A DNA stretch of 64,000 bases. Source: Pyrinomonadaceae bacterium. Lineage in GTDB: Bacteria > Acidobacteriota > Blastocatellia > Pyrinomonadales > Pyrinomonadaceae. Where the stretch lies: assembly GCA_046313635.1 (NCBI GenBank), contig JBKBYA010000001.1:1-64000 (forward strand), in the 5' to 3' direction. Shown piece by piece: positions 52,746 through 63,100 of the stretch (position 1 is the stretch's first letter; each line of letters opens with the position of its first letter). The notes below the pieces were generated by a model. The model had not been told where the DNA came from, ran no database searches, and saw only the letters and a list, made by a program, of their open reading frames with translations. A program made the position numbers and the translations under genes.

Positions 52746-54626
52746 TCATCGACCGGCCTGAGCTCTCGTCAAATGAACCAATACGTTGGAGATCGCCGCC
52801 GGGGTAAGGCCGCAGACCGACCTGACCTGCGCGAACGTTGTCGGACGTGCCTGCTCGAGCCGCTCGACCATCTCCGCAGAGAGGCCTCCGATCTGCCGGT
52901 AGTCCAAGTCTTGCGGAACGCGAAGCGAATCGTGGTGATTCATCCGCTCGGCCGCCGCCCGCTGCTTTTCGATATAGCCGCTGTAAAGAATGTCGGCGAC
53001 AGCCGATTCAACGTCCTCGATCGTCACATCGTCTCGCATACCGCTCGGAAGCAGCGAGCGAACGGTCTCCGGCGTGGCCTCCGGCCGAAGCGCGAGCTGA
53101 GCCAGGGTGATCGAGTCGCCCAACCCGCCGTTGAGGAGAGCAGTAAGCGCCGAATATTCCGGAGAAGATCGTTTGAATCTAGTCTGCTCAAGGGCGAGCC
53201 TAATGCGCGCGATACGGTCGCGCCGCAGGTTAAATCGCTCCCAAGCCCGGTCCTCTACCAACCCTATCTCACGCCCGGCACCGGATAAGCGGGCATCTGC
53301 ATTATCGTGCCGGAGCAATAAACGGGCCTCAGCGCGCGACGTAAAAAGTCTGTACGGTTCGTCGACACCGTGGCGGATTAGGTCGTCTATCAAGACGCCG
53401 ATATAGGCTTGGGCCCGGTCGAGAACAACGGGGACCCGCCCCTGGACCTGCATCGCCGCATTTATCCCTGCCATGAGGCCCTGACATGCCGCCTCCTCAT
53501 ATCCCGTGGTCCCGTTGATCTGTCCGGCCAGAAAAAGTCCCTTCATTCTGGACGATTCCATCGTCCGCTTGAGCTCCCGCGGATCTACAAAATCATATTC
53601 GATCGCATAGCCCGGCCGAATGATCCGCACCTCCTCAAATCCGGGGATCATCCGCAAGAGCTCGTGCTGCAAACGCGAGGGAAGCGAGGTCGAGAAGCCG
53701 TTCAAATAGACCTCGTTCGTATGACTGCCCTCCGGCTCCAGGAAGAGCTGATGGCGCGTCTTGTCGGCGAACTTAACGACCTTGTCTTCGATCGACGGGC
53801 AGTACCTCGGGCCGATGCCCTTGATCTTGCCCGAATAGAGCGGCGACTGATCAAGGTTTTTACGGATGGCGTCGTGGAGTTCCGGACTTGTGTAGCCGAT
53901 AAAACAGTTGAGCTGCGGCCTGTCTATCGAGTCGGTCGAAAACGAGAATGGCACCGGACGAGAATCGGGCGGCTGCGGTTCGAATGCATCCCAATCGATT
54001 GTTCGCCCGTCGAGACGGGGCGGGGTGCCTGTCTTGAGTCGCCCGACCCGGAACCCAAGCTCGCGCAGGTGGTTGGCCAGCGCGATCGATGCCGGTTCGC
54101 CGGCACGGCCCGCTGAGAAAGTTTGCCTTCCCGTATGGATCGTGCCGTTGAGAAAGGTGCCGGTCGCGACAACCACCGCGCGTGCGCCCACTCGCCGGCC
54201 ATCCTCCATTTCACAACCGACAACTCTACTGTTTTCAACAATTAACTGAGATACTACGCCTTGCCGGAGATGCAAATTCGGCGTCGCTTCGAGCGTTCGA
54301 CGCATCTCTGTGCGATACAATCCGCGGTCGGCCTGTGCCCGCGGCGAACGGACTGCCGGCCCGCGCGAACGATTTAGGAGTCTGAATTGGATCCCGGTGC
54401 GATCGATGATCCGGCCCATGATGCCGCCAAGCGCGTCGATCTCTCGGACGACGTGACCTTTCGCGATCCCGCCGATCGCCGGATTGCACGACATCTGTCC
54501 GATCAGATCGAGATTTATCGTCACAAGCGCGGTCTCGCAGCCCAGGCGTGCGGCGGCGGAGGCCGCCTCACAGCCCGCGTGGCCGGCGCCGATCACGAGA
54601 ACATCAAAAGACTCATCGAAGAACAT
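52746..54626 (-). CDS. mnmG: tRNA uridine-5-carboxymethylaminomethyl modification enzyme MnmG/GidA
   Basis: [49 protein letters not shown]. Confidence 0.97.
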   Translation of the reverse strand: MFFDESFDVLVIGAGHAGCEAASAAARLGCETALVTINLDLIGQMSCNPAIGGIAKGHVVREIDALGGIMGRIIDRTGIQFRLLNRSRGPAVRSPRAQADRGLYRTEMRRTLEATPNLHLRQGVVSQLIVENSRVVGCEMEDGRRVGARAVVVATGTFLNGTIHTGRQTFSAGRAGEPASIALANHLRELGFRVGRLKTGTPPRLDGRTIDWDAFEPQPPDSRPVPFSFSTDSIDRPQLNCFIGYTSPELHDAIRKNLDQSPLYSGKIKGIGPRYCPSIEDKVVKFADKTRHQLFLEPEGSHTNEVYLNGFSTSLPSRLQHELLRMIPGFEEVRIIRPGYAIEYDFVDPRELKRTMESSRMKGLFLAGQINGTTGYEEAACQGLMAGINAAMQVQGRVPVVLDRAQAYIGVLIDDLIRHGVDEPYRLFTSRAEARLLLRHDNADARLSGAGREIGLVEDRAWERFNLRRDRIARIRLALEQTRFKRSSPEYSALTALLNGGLGDSITLAQLALRPEATPETVRSLLPSGMRDDVTIEDVESAVADILYSGYIEKQRAAAERMNHHDSLRVPQDLDYRQIGGLSAEMVERLEQARPTTFAQVRSVCGLTPAAISNVLVHLTRAQAGR

Positions 54627-54766
54627 TGACCAAACCCTGCAGCGTCGAAAGGTTTAGATTTTAAGAGATGAACTCTCGTTTGCCAATGCAGTTCGGCGGA
54701 CCGCGCCGCGCGGGTCTGCCAATTCGGGTCACGATACCGGTCGAGATTCTGGCCTCGTCGGATCAG

Positions 54767-55072
54767 TTAGCTTCCGCGAGCCCGTTCGATGGCGTCTTGA
54801 ACAAACTGTCGCGAGTTTTCAGAAAGATCGAGGAACGTAACCCCAAAGCCGATGCCGGGGTGGACATAGGCGACTCGCGCAGTGATCGTGAGATCTGAGC
54901 CGTCTCGACCGCTTAGCCAAAACTTTATGACCTCCCCGGCCCTTACTTCGGCGATGCTGTCGATGTAGCAGCCGCCCAGACTCAGGTCGCTCATTCGCGC
55001 CGGATGTCTGCCGGACGCGCATTCAAGAAGAGTCTCGGTAAAGTAGGTAACGCGTTCGTATTGCCTCGGCAT
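54767..55072 (-). CDS. Stand-alone PilZ domain protein
   Basis: RxxxR (RQYER) and DxSxxG (DLSLGG) motifs; GFGVTF. Confidence 0.85.
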   Translation of the reverse strand: MPRQYERVTYFTETLLECASGRHPARMSDLSLGGCYIDSIAEVRAGEVIKFWLSGRDGSDLTITARVAYVHPGIGFGVTFLDLSENSRQFVQDAIERARGS

Positions 55073-55158
55073 AGACGTGGTGAGGTGGAAAAGATTGAAG
55101 GGCGCCGGGGAAGACGGGTCTATTATACTCGCATCCGCAGAGACGGCATACCCTCCGG

Positions 55159-58125
55159 CTAGTTGCTCAAGATCTTTTCGAGAGCCGACGCGAGTTCAAG
55201 CCGAGTGAGCGAACGTGAACCGTTGAACTGCCCGCCGTCAAGCGTCAGAAATCCGCGTTGCAGTGCGACCGCGACAAAACCGCGCCAAGCCGCAGGGATC
55301 TGGGCCGCGTCGCTTACGGTCGCGGGCAGCGACGCTCCGGCCGCCGCGCTATCGAGTCCGGCCGCTCTCACCAGGGCGACGGCAGCCACTAGCTTGGTGG
55401 CGTTCCGGGAAGGCTCGAATCTGGTTGACGCATCAAAAACGATCGGCCTCGAGGCATCGGCCTGGACGCTCTCGACCGCATTGCGCGAGTACGGGTCTCG
55501 TACGTCGAGGTACATCGGCGTACCCGAAACGTATTGCGGCACGAGACCGGCGCGGACGATGCTCTCGGCAAGTTCAAACCGGCTGACGGACGATGCAGGC
55601 CTGAATTTCCTTCCGAGGGGCAGCATCACGCCCGTCAAGAGCGCTCTCTGTACGCTGGTCACCCCGGCCGAGCTCAGGCCGTATGTATCAAGCAGCTCAG
55701 GATATTGTATCTGCGTAACCTCGAGGACGCCGTTGACGGTCTGCGACGTTCCAGCACCGCCGGTGTGCCGCGTCGAGGCCGTGACGGTCTGGGCCGCCGG
55801 ATCACGTAGCACGACACGCTCTCGACGCCCGGTGATGACCGGCAGGTTCAGGTAATTCGACCGTCCGAGCACCGAATTACCGCCATCCGTGACCGATAGG
55901 CCAAAGTCGTTGGCGCTCACCGCCCACGCAATGCTGATCGTGGCCTGGACCGTATTCGCCGGGATCTGGACCGGCGTTGCGGCGGCACTGCCCGGAACGA
56001 CGTGTTGGGTAAATGTCTGCGGCGTAGAGGTAACGAACCGGATCGTGTTAGCGGTATTTGCGGCGCGGACGATGCCGACGCGTCTGTTCGGAAAAGCGGC
56101 GCCAAGTACCGCGGCGTACGAGTTAAGCATGCCCGCTCCGGCCTCGTGATAAAAGTAATTCGGCAGCGGCGTCGCCGTACGGGCGAGAATATCCTTGATC
56201 TCCGCAGGCGTAAGGTTCGGGTTTGTCTCGAGCATCAGGGCGATCGTTCCCGCGACCTGCGGGGCCGAGAATGACGTTCCGCTGCCGGTCGTGTAATGCG
56301 GCATCTCGCCGACAGTCAGCCGCTGCGGATCCGCTCCGCCGAGCCCGGTGCCGCTGGTCGTCGTCGCCAGGCTGCGAAGGCTGACGACGTCAACGCCAGG
56401 CGCCAAGAGCGTCGGATGCTGCAATTCGTCGCCAAAGCTTCCGCGAGCCGAAAAGCCTGCAAGCCTGCCGTTGCGGTCCGTCGCCCCGACCGAGACGACC
56501 CACGGCGCGGCGGCGTACGGGTTCATCGTCCCGTTGCCCGGACCGCCGTTGCCCGCCGAGAAGACGACGTTGATGCCGCGATCGGTCAAAATTTTTGTCG
56601 CGATATTAACCGGGTCGTTGAGATCGAACGGGGCCGCCGCCGAAAAGCTGCAATTAACGACCTTGACGCCGTAGGCCGCGCCGCGGTCGAGGAGATAATC
56701 AAATCCGGCCAGCACGTATGTGAGATTCGCGTCGCCCGCCGAGAGGCCGAGCAGTTTGGCTCCCGGAGCGACACCGTTGAATTTGCCGTTGGAGGCCGCG
56801 CCGCTGCCGGCGATCAGCCCGGCGACGAAGGTGCCGTGTCCAGCGACAAGGTCGGTATTTGCGAGATTCTCGATCGGCGCGGGTTGAGTAAAGCCGAACG
56901 GCGCGCTCTGCAGATCGGTCAGCCTCACGTTCTGGGCCATTCGGCCGGCTAGATCGCCGAGCTGCCCGTTGACGCCCGTGTCGAGCACGGCGACGGTGAT
57001 CCCGCGGCCGGTGACCGGCAAACCGGAATTCGCCGTCCGCAGATCGGCGTCGCTCGAGACCTTTTGGATGCCGGTACGATCGAGATAAGGATCGGCGTCA
57101 AACGTCAACGTCCTATTGCCGTAGATCGACCGCACCCGCGGCAGCGCCGAGACCGCAAGGATCTGCTGCTTGGTTGCGGATACGTAAACCATCGGCAGCA
57201 CTTTCATCCGCGTTCCGCCAAGTATGCCGATCGACCGCAGTTGGTCGAGATCGGCGTTTGTGACGCTGCCATGGTAAACGATCACGCAGTTGATCGTACT
57301 GTCGTCGGTCGCGGTATTGAGCCACATTGCGACCTCGGGATCGAGTCCCTGCAAGCCTGTTTGCTGGTCGGCTCCGGTGAGCGTGATGCCGTCGGCTCCG
57401 GTGAGCGTGATGCCGTCGGCTCCGGTGAGCGTGATGCCGTCGGCTCCGGTAAGCGTGATGCCGCTGGGATTTGCGAGTTCAAAAAGGACGCCGGCCGCTC
57501 CTACGCCGACGATACCGTCGGCTCCGGTGAGCGTAATGCCGTCGGCTCCGGTAAGCGTGATGCCGTCTGCCCCGGTAAGCGTGATGCCGTCAGCGCCGGT
57601 AAGTGTAATGCCGTTGACGCCCCGGCGGACCATGCCGTCGGCTCCCGTGAGAGTTATGCCGCTGAATCTAACGACATTGATCCCATCCGCTCCGGTAAGA
57701 GTGATCCCCTGCGGACGACGAACGACGATCGAGTCGGCCCGATACTGCGAACCGTCCGCACCGGTCAGGGTGATCCCGTCCGCACCGGTCAGCGTAATGC
57801 CGTCCGCACCGGTCAGGGTGATCCCGTCCGCACCGGTCAGCGTAATGCCGTTGGAGCCGACATAGGTCGTTCCGTCCGCTCCTGTGAGAGTGATGCCGTC
57901 GGCGCCCGTGAGAGTGATGCCATCCGCCCCGGTGAGAGTGATCCCGTTTGTGCCGTAATTCAAAAGACCGTCAGCGCCGGTCAGCGTAATGCCCGAAGCC
58001 CCGACGTACTTTACACCGTCGGCGCCCGTCAGGGTGATGCCGCTTGACCTCACAAAAAGGATCCCGGCGCTCGCAGGATTTGCCGCAAGGACGATCAAAA
58101 GAAAAAAGGCGAAGATTCGTTTCAT
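55159..58125 (-). CDS. Secreted S8 subtilase with N-terminal GITLTGAD repeats and C-terminal SLH-like region
   Basis: Signal peptide; AVLDTG, GHGTFVAG, FSAGN, GTSFSAP triad; SVSRFELA and SLTRLELA SLH-like motifs. Confidence 0.9.
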   Translation of the reverse strand: MKRIFAFFLLIVLAANPASAGILFVRSSGITLTGADGVKYVGASGITLTGADGLLNYGTNGITLTGADGITLTGADGITLTGADGTTYVGSNGITLTGADGITLTGADGITLTGADGITLTGADGSQYRADSIVVRRPQGITLTGADGINVVRFSGITLTGADGMVRRGVNGITLTGADGITLTGADGITLTGADGITLTGADGIVGVGAAGVLFELANPSGITLTGADGITLTGADGITLTGADGITLTGADQQTGLQGLDPEVAMWLNTATDDSTINCVIVYHGSVTNADLDQLRSIGILGGTRMKVLPMVYVSATKQQILAVSALPRVRSIYGNRTLTFDADPYLDRTGIQKVSSDADLRTANSGLPVTGRGITVAVLDTGVNGQLGDLAGRMAQNVRLTDLQSAPFGFTQPAPIENLANTDLVAGHGTFVAGLIAGSGAASNGKFNGVAPGAKLLGLSAGDANLTYVLAGFDYLLDRGAAYGVKVVNCSFSAAAPFDLNDPVNIATKILTDRGINVVFSAGNGGPGNGTMNPYAAAPWVVSVGATDRNGRLAGFSARGSFGDELQHPTLLAPGVDVVSLRSLATTTSGTGLGGADPQRLTVGEMPHYTTGSGTSFSAPQVAGTIALMLETNPNLTPAEIKDILARTATPLPNYFYHEAGAGMLNSYAAVLGAAFPNRRVGIVRAANTANTIRFVTSTPQTFTQHVVPGSAAATPVQIPANTVQATISIAWAVSANDFGLSVTDGGNSVLGRSNYLNLPVITGRRERVVLRDPAAQTVTASTRHTGGAGTSQTVNGVLEVTQIQYPELLDTYGLSSAGVTSVQRALLTGVMLPLGRKFRPASSVSRFELAESIVRAGLVPQYVSGTPMYLDVRDPYSRNAVESVQADASRPIVFDASTRFEPSRNATKLVAAVALVRAAGLDSAAAGASLPATVSDAAQIPAAWRGFVAVALQRGFLTLDGGQFNGSRSLTRLELASALEKILSN
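57367..58041 (-). repeat. Coding 24-nt tandem repeat: 19 perfect GITLTGAD units with mostly in-register 8-aa spacers
   Basis: Counted in the translation (1+1+3+4+1+1+4+4); synonymous codon variation between units. Confidence 0.95.
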
Positions 58126-58276
58126 CGGAATCAATTTTTATCTCCGCATTCAACGTTTCAGGGTGAGGTGCGAAACAGTCAAAAGCACTTTGCTAAAAGT
58201 GTATCGAGACCGAACAGGAAACCGGAGGGGCAGGTCCAATTTACCTGTTCGGCCCGGTTAATTGCAAGCCTAATGC

Positions 58277-59092
58277 CTAATTGCCCGCTTGCGAATTGAG
58301 GAGCAGATTGAACGTAACTCCCTTTTCCAGTTTGACGTTCTTGTCTCGCGACGAGATCGTCGTCGAGCCGTTCGCCGATCCGCTCGCCGAGCTGCTGATC
58401 TGCAGGCCGTTGATCGTACGGACCGCACCGCTCGTGACGCCGCCGGCCGTTTGGGCCGTGGTGTCGACAACGCCGCCGACCGTCCCGACCGCCGTATTTG
58501 CAGCCCCATTCACCGTCGATCCGACGCCCGAGACAACACCTCCGACCCCGCCGAGCAGACCGCCGCCGCCAGAGCCCGAGCCGGCCGAGCCGCTCGTCCG
58601 CGACGTGGCCGAGACGTCAGACATAACCGTGTCGCCGACCGACGCGGCCGAACGCGTATCGACTATCGAGACGATCGAGGCGGTGACCGGCGTCGCCACG
58701 TCGCCATTCTGGAGCCTGTCAAAGACAAGCGCGATCTTCGATCCGGCCGCCCCTTCGGCCTTGCGCTGTACTTCTGTGATACGGCCGACCAAGGTCGCGC
58801 CTTTGTTTATAACGACTTGCCCGTCCTGCTTGACGGTCTTTGTCGCCTTGAGGATGACCTCGTCGCCGACCTGCGCGGTCCGGACGTCGAGCTGCTGCTG
58901 AAGGACGGCCTGTATGCTCGCCGCACCATTCAATGTGGGACCTTGTTTCTTGTCGCCGTCCTTCTTTTTGGCTTCCGTGGGACGATCCTTTCCCTTTTCG
59001 ACGCGATCGTCCGGCGTGGACTTCGCGTTCTGGCCGAGGCCGGCGATCGCCGCGGCTAAGATCAACGTGGACGTGAAAATAACTCTTTTCAT
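58277..59092 (-). CDS. Hypothetical secreted protein with Gly/Val/Thr-rich region (possibly VirB10/TrbI-like beta fold)
   Basis: Signal peptide, AGGAG RBS; VINKGATLVGRITEV...IALVFDRL pattern. Confidence 0.65.
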   Translation of the reverse strand: MKRVIFTSTLILAAAIAGLGQNAKSTPDDRVEKGKDRPTEAKKKDGDKKQGPTLNGAASIQAVLQQQLDVRTAQVGDEVILKATKTVKQDGQVVINKGATLVGRITEVQRKAEGAAGSKIALVFDRLQNGDVATPVTASIVSIVDTRSAASVGDTVMSDVSATSRTSGSAGSGSGGGGLLGGVGGVVSGVGSTVNGAANTAVGTVGGVVDTTAQTAGGVTSGAVRTINGLQISSSASGSANGSTTISSRDKNVKLEKGVTFNLLLNSQAGN

Positions 59093-59165
59093 GTTCTTAC
59101 TCCTTTACCAACATTTGGGCCTGTCAGACACAATCGACGATTCGGCCCACGGGAGAGTTAAGGCG

Positions 59166-59235
59166 AGGTTATCGGCGCGCGCTTGAGGAAAACTTGAGGC
59201 CGTTCAAGTTTTTCTCAAGTCTCCCGGATTACGCT
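59166..59235. promoter_or_regulatory. Divergent promoter pair with SARP-type direct repeats
   Basis: CTTGAG at 59182/59193 (minus) and TCAAG at 59204/59215 (plus), 11-bp phasing; TAACCT (minus, 59171-59166) and TACGCT (plus, 59230-59235), each 8 bp from the proximal heptamer. Confidence 0.7.
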
Positions 59236-59243
59236 TGTTCCCG

Positions 59244-60056
59244 ATGATGAGCATCCTCCTACACGACGGCGTCGAGATGACAGGCTTTCCGGATTCGGTC
59301 GAGAACGCTCCTCGACGGGCTCGAGCCTCAGCCAAGAACAAACCGACCGACGAGTTTCCGCTCCTGACCGAAAAGCTCTCCGTGCCCGCCACGAGCGGCC
59401 TCGTCGAACGGCCTCGTCTCGGAGCCCTCCTCGAGCGTTCGCTCTCGCAGTGCTGCGTGACGCTGCTCTCGGGCCGGGCCGGAACGGGAAAGACCGCTCT
59501 TGCCGCCGAATTTGCCCGGACCTACGACAAGGTCGCCTGGTACACCCTAGACGCGTCAGATGTCGAATGGGATGTATTCTCAAAGTATTTCGCGGCCGCA
59601 ATGTCGACCGTCGCACGGCGGCCGAGCCTCATGCGGCTGCGTCTGAACAAAAAAGCCGCGGACGGCGGGTCTCTGATCGACAAGTTCCTGATCGACACCT
59701 TCGGCTATATGCCGGCCAATCGCAAAAAGCCGGTCCTTGTGGTCCTCGACGACCTGCATCGGATTTTCGACGCGGAGTGGTTTGGCGACTTTTTTAATAT
59801 GCTCGTGTATTCTCTGCCGGAGAATATGCACCTGCTGCTCCTCTGCCGCAGCAAGCCGCCCGCTCCGCTTTGGCGGCTGCGATCAAAGCAGATGCTCAAC
59901 GTGATCGACGAAAAGCTGCTCGCCTTTGACGACGAAGAATCGCGGCGGCTGCTGGCCGGCTCGGGACTGGGCGAACAAGCGATCGCCCGTCTGAGGGACG
60001 AGTCGTTCGGCCGCGTCTCAAAGATGCTCGAGGTCGCCGGGCGCTCCGCCGGCTGA
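59244..60056 (+). CDS. Short MalT-like STAND NTPase lacking sensor and effector domains (start 59244 or 59277)
   Basis: TEKLSVP...LVERPRL, GRAGTGKT Walker A, AWYTLD, LVVLDD Walker B, LAFDDEE. Confidence 0.8.
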   Translation: MMSILLHDGVEMTGFPDSVENAPRRARASAKNKPTDEFPLLTEKLSVPATSGLVERPRLGALLERSLSQCCVTLLSGRAGTGKTALAAEFARTYDKVAWYTLDASDVEWDVFSKYFAAAMSTVARRPSLMRLRLNKKAADGGSLIDKFLIDTFGYMPANRKKPVLVVLDDLHRIFDAEWFGDFFNMLVYSLPENMHLLLLCRSKPPAPLWRLRSKQMLNVIDEKLLAFDDEESRRLLAGSGLGEQAIARLRDESFGRVSKMLEVAGRSAG

Positions 60057-60106
60057 ACGCGATCCTGCCTGCCGCCCTCCGCTGTGGCATAATACGGTCG
60101 CCGCCG

Positions 60107-63100
60107 ATGACTCAACCGATGCAGCGATCGAGCTTCTTCCTCAGAACAAAGCTGCTGCCGCCGCGCGCGGTGACCGAGCTGCTCGACCGGCCGCGCCTGA
60201 CCGATCGGCTCCAGGCCAATCTCGACGCTCCGATCACGCTCGTCGCGGCCGACGCCGGCTGCGGCAAGACGACGCTGATCGCCGATTTTATCCGGCGGCA
60301 GACGCGGCCCTCGGTCTGGTACCAGCTCGATCATACGGATGCCGACCCGGTCGTCTTCCTGACCTACGTCGCCCACGGGATCAAGAATCAGTTCCCGGAT
60401 TTTGGCGACGCGGTGCTCGCGTATCTCTCTGAGGCCAACGAAGAATTGCTCCGCTATCCCGAACGCGGCGCCGACGTGCTCCTCAACGATCTGCTGGAGT
60501 CGGTCGAGCAGCCTTTTATCCTGGTCCTCGACGATTACCATCACATCGGCCGCGAGACGGTCGTGCACAAGCTGGTCGATCGGCTGCTCCAATACTCGTC
60601 AGACCTGATGCACCTGATCGTCACGACGCGCGACCTGCCGCCGCTCGCGATCATGCGGCGGCGTGCGCAGTCGGCGGCGCTCGTGATCAGCCGAGGCGAT
60701 CTGCTTTTTACCGACGACGAGGTGCGGGCTCTCTTTGAACGCACGCTCGGCGTCGAGCTCCGTGACGAGGAGATCGCCGAGTACCGCGACCGCACGCACG
60801 GCTGGATCACGGCTCTGCAGCTCGTCCGCCAGGTCGCGCAGCAGAATATGCACACGGCCGGCGGCGAACCGGCGCGGCCCGATCTGCATGAGGTGCTGCG
60901 GCAGTCCGAGCGCGACATCTTTGACTATTTTGCCGAGGAGGTGCTCTCGCGCGAGCCGGCCGAGACGCAGCACCTGCTGCTCTATCTCTCGCTGCTCGAG
61001 ACGCTGCAGCTCGACATCTGCAGCCGCGTCTTCCCGGATCTGAGATGTTCGGCGTCGCTGCCCGAGCTCGCGCAAAAGAACGTCTTCCTGACGGTCGCGG
61101 GCGACGGCGGGTCGGCAGAGGAATATCGCTTTCATCCGTTGTTTCGCGATTTTTTGCGCCGCCGTCTGCGGAGCGAGATCGGCCAGGCCCGCGTTGCCGA
61201 ACAGCGCGTGCGCATCGCCGAATACTTTATCGAGCAGAAGCAATGGGAAGCCGCGATGCCGTACCTGCTGGCCGCTCCCGCCTACGATCGCGCCGCCGAG
61301 ATCATCGCGGCGACCGGCGGCGAATGGATCGCGGCAGGCGCGTTCACGTCGCTCGGTCTGTTTGCCGACCAGGTCCCGCAGGAGCATCTCGAAAAATATC
61401 CGCAGGCGCTGCTGCACCGCGCCGAGGTCGCGAGGCTGCAGGGCGAGATCGAGCGCTCGTCAAAGCTCCTGCACCGGGCGGTCGCTCTGCTCGGCGAATC
61501 GGGCGATAGGGCAAGCGAGGCCGAGGCGCTGCATTCGCTCGCGAGTCTCGCCAGGCGGCGCGGCAGATTTTCGGAGGCGTTCGAGCTGCTCGAGCGCGCC
61601 GAGACCCTTGTCTCGCCCGAGTCCGAAACGTATCTCAAATGCGCAAACACGCGCGGGCTGTGCCTGATCGTTAAGGGCGACCTCGCCGGGGCCGAGCAGC
61701 AGTTTCGTCTCGCGCTCGAGATCGCCGAGCGACAGTCAAATGAGCGCTACATTCGGCTCGTGACGCACAACCTCGCACTCGCTCCGGGACTGCGGGGCGA
61801 CTTTGGCGAGGCCCTGCGGTGGTTCAAGCGCATCTTTCGCACCGGGCAGCCCGAAAAGCCGCTCCCGCAGGAGGCGATCGGTCATCTCAACGTCGCGCGT
61901 CTGCACCTGTACCGCGGCGAGCTCGCCGAGACCGAGCGGCACCTGCACAAGGCGCTCGATCTGTGCCAGCTCTACAATCTCAAATTTTTGCTCGGCGAGA
62001 TCCTGGAGGCCTTTGGCAATTTTTATCGCGAGCGAAAGGACTTTGCCCATGCTGAGGAGTATTACGAGCGTGCGGCGGCGGCGTACGACGAGGCCGAGAT
62101 CGATATCAGCACCAAAGAGCTCAACGAGGAGCGCGGCACATTCTATCTCGAGCGCGGCGATCTGGCGCGTGCGCGGCGGATACTCGAGTCGCTGGTCGCC
62201 GTGCGCGAGCGGCAAGGGAGCGAGCTCGGCGTCGAGACCGCGCGGCTGCGGCTCCTGCAGGTCGATCTCGCCGAGAAAAAGTTTGACGGCCTCGCCGATA
62301 CGATCGCCGAGCTGGCCGAGAGCTTTCGCCTGCACAATCAGTACTACTACGAGGCGCAGGCGTCGCTCCTGCTTGCCGAGACGTACTTTGAGACCGAGCA
62401 GACGCCGCTCGTCGGCGAGCCGCTGCAGAGAGCTCTCGACCTGTCGGCACGGTTTGACTACGATTACTGGCTGCGCGGCGAGATCAGGCGGCACCCGCGG
62501 ATCTTTTTAAGCGAAGACATTTTTGAAAAACTGCCGCCCGACCTGCGCGAGGAGCTCGCGGCGCGGCCGGCCGCGGCGGTCGTCGACGTATCGATCTCTC
62601 AGCCGACGACGGCGGCCGAGCTGCTGACCGATCTTACGGTGCGCGTGCTCGGGCCGGTCGAGATCTTTCGCGACCCGACGGCGCCGTTTGCGGCCGACGC
62701 GTGGACGACGCGGCGGGCACGCGACATCTTTTGCTACATCGCGACGAGCAAGCATCGCCGCGTCGCAAAGGATGTACTGATCGAGGCGTTTTGGCCCGGC
62801 GAGGACCCGGCCGTGATCGAAAAGAACTTTCACCCGACGATCTCGCATATCCGCAAGGCACTCAACAGCCGGCAGCCTTTTAAGCAGAATTTCATACTCT
62901 TTCGTGACGGCGCGTACCAGCTCAATCCCGAGCTCAGCTACTCGATCGACAGCGAAGAGTTTGAACGCCACATCGCCGACGCCGAGGCCGCCAAACGCGA
63001 AAAGGACCAGGCCGCACTCCGCTCCGCGCTCGAGTTGGCCTACCGGCTCTACCGCGGCGAATTTATGTCCGGCGTCTACGACGACTGGGCCGAGGAGCGG

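Noticed and set aside
57367..58041. 24-nt repeats with 24-nt unique spacers as a CRISPR array
   Set aside because: Repeats vary at third codon positions, are often directly adjacent, lie in frame in a protease ORF, and no cas genes are present
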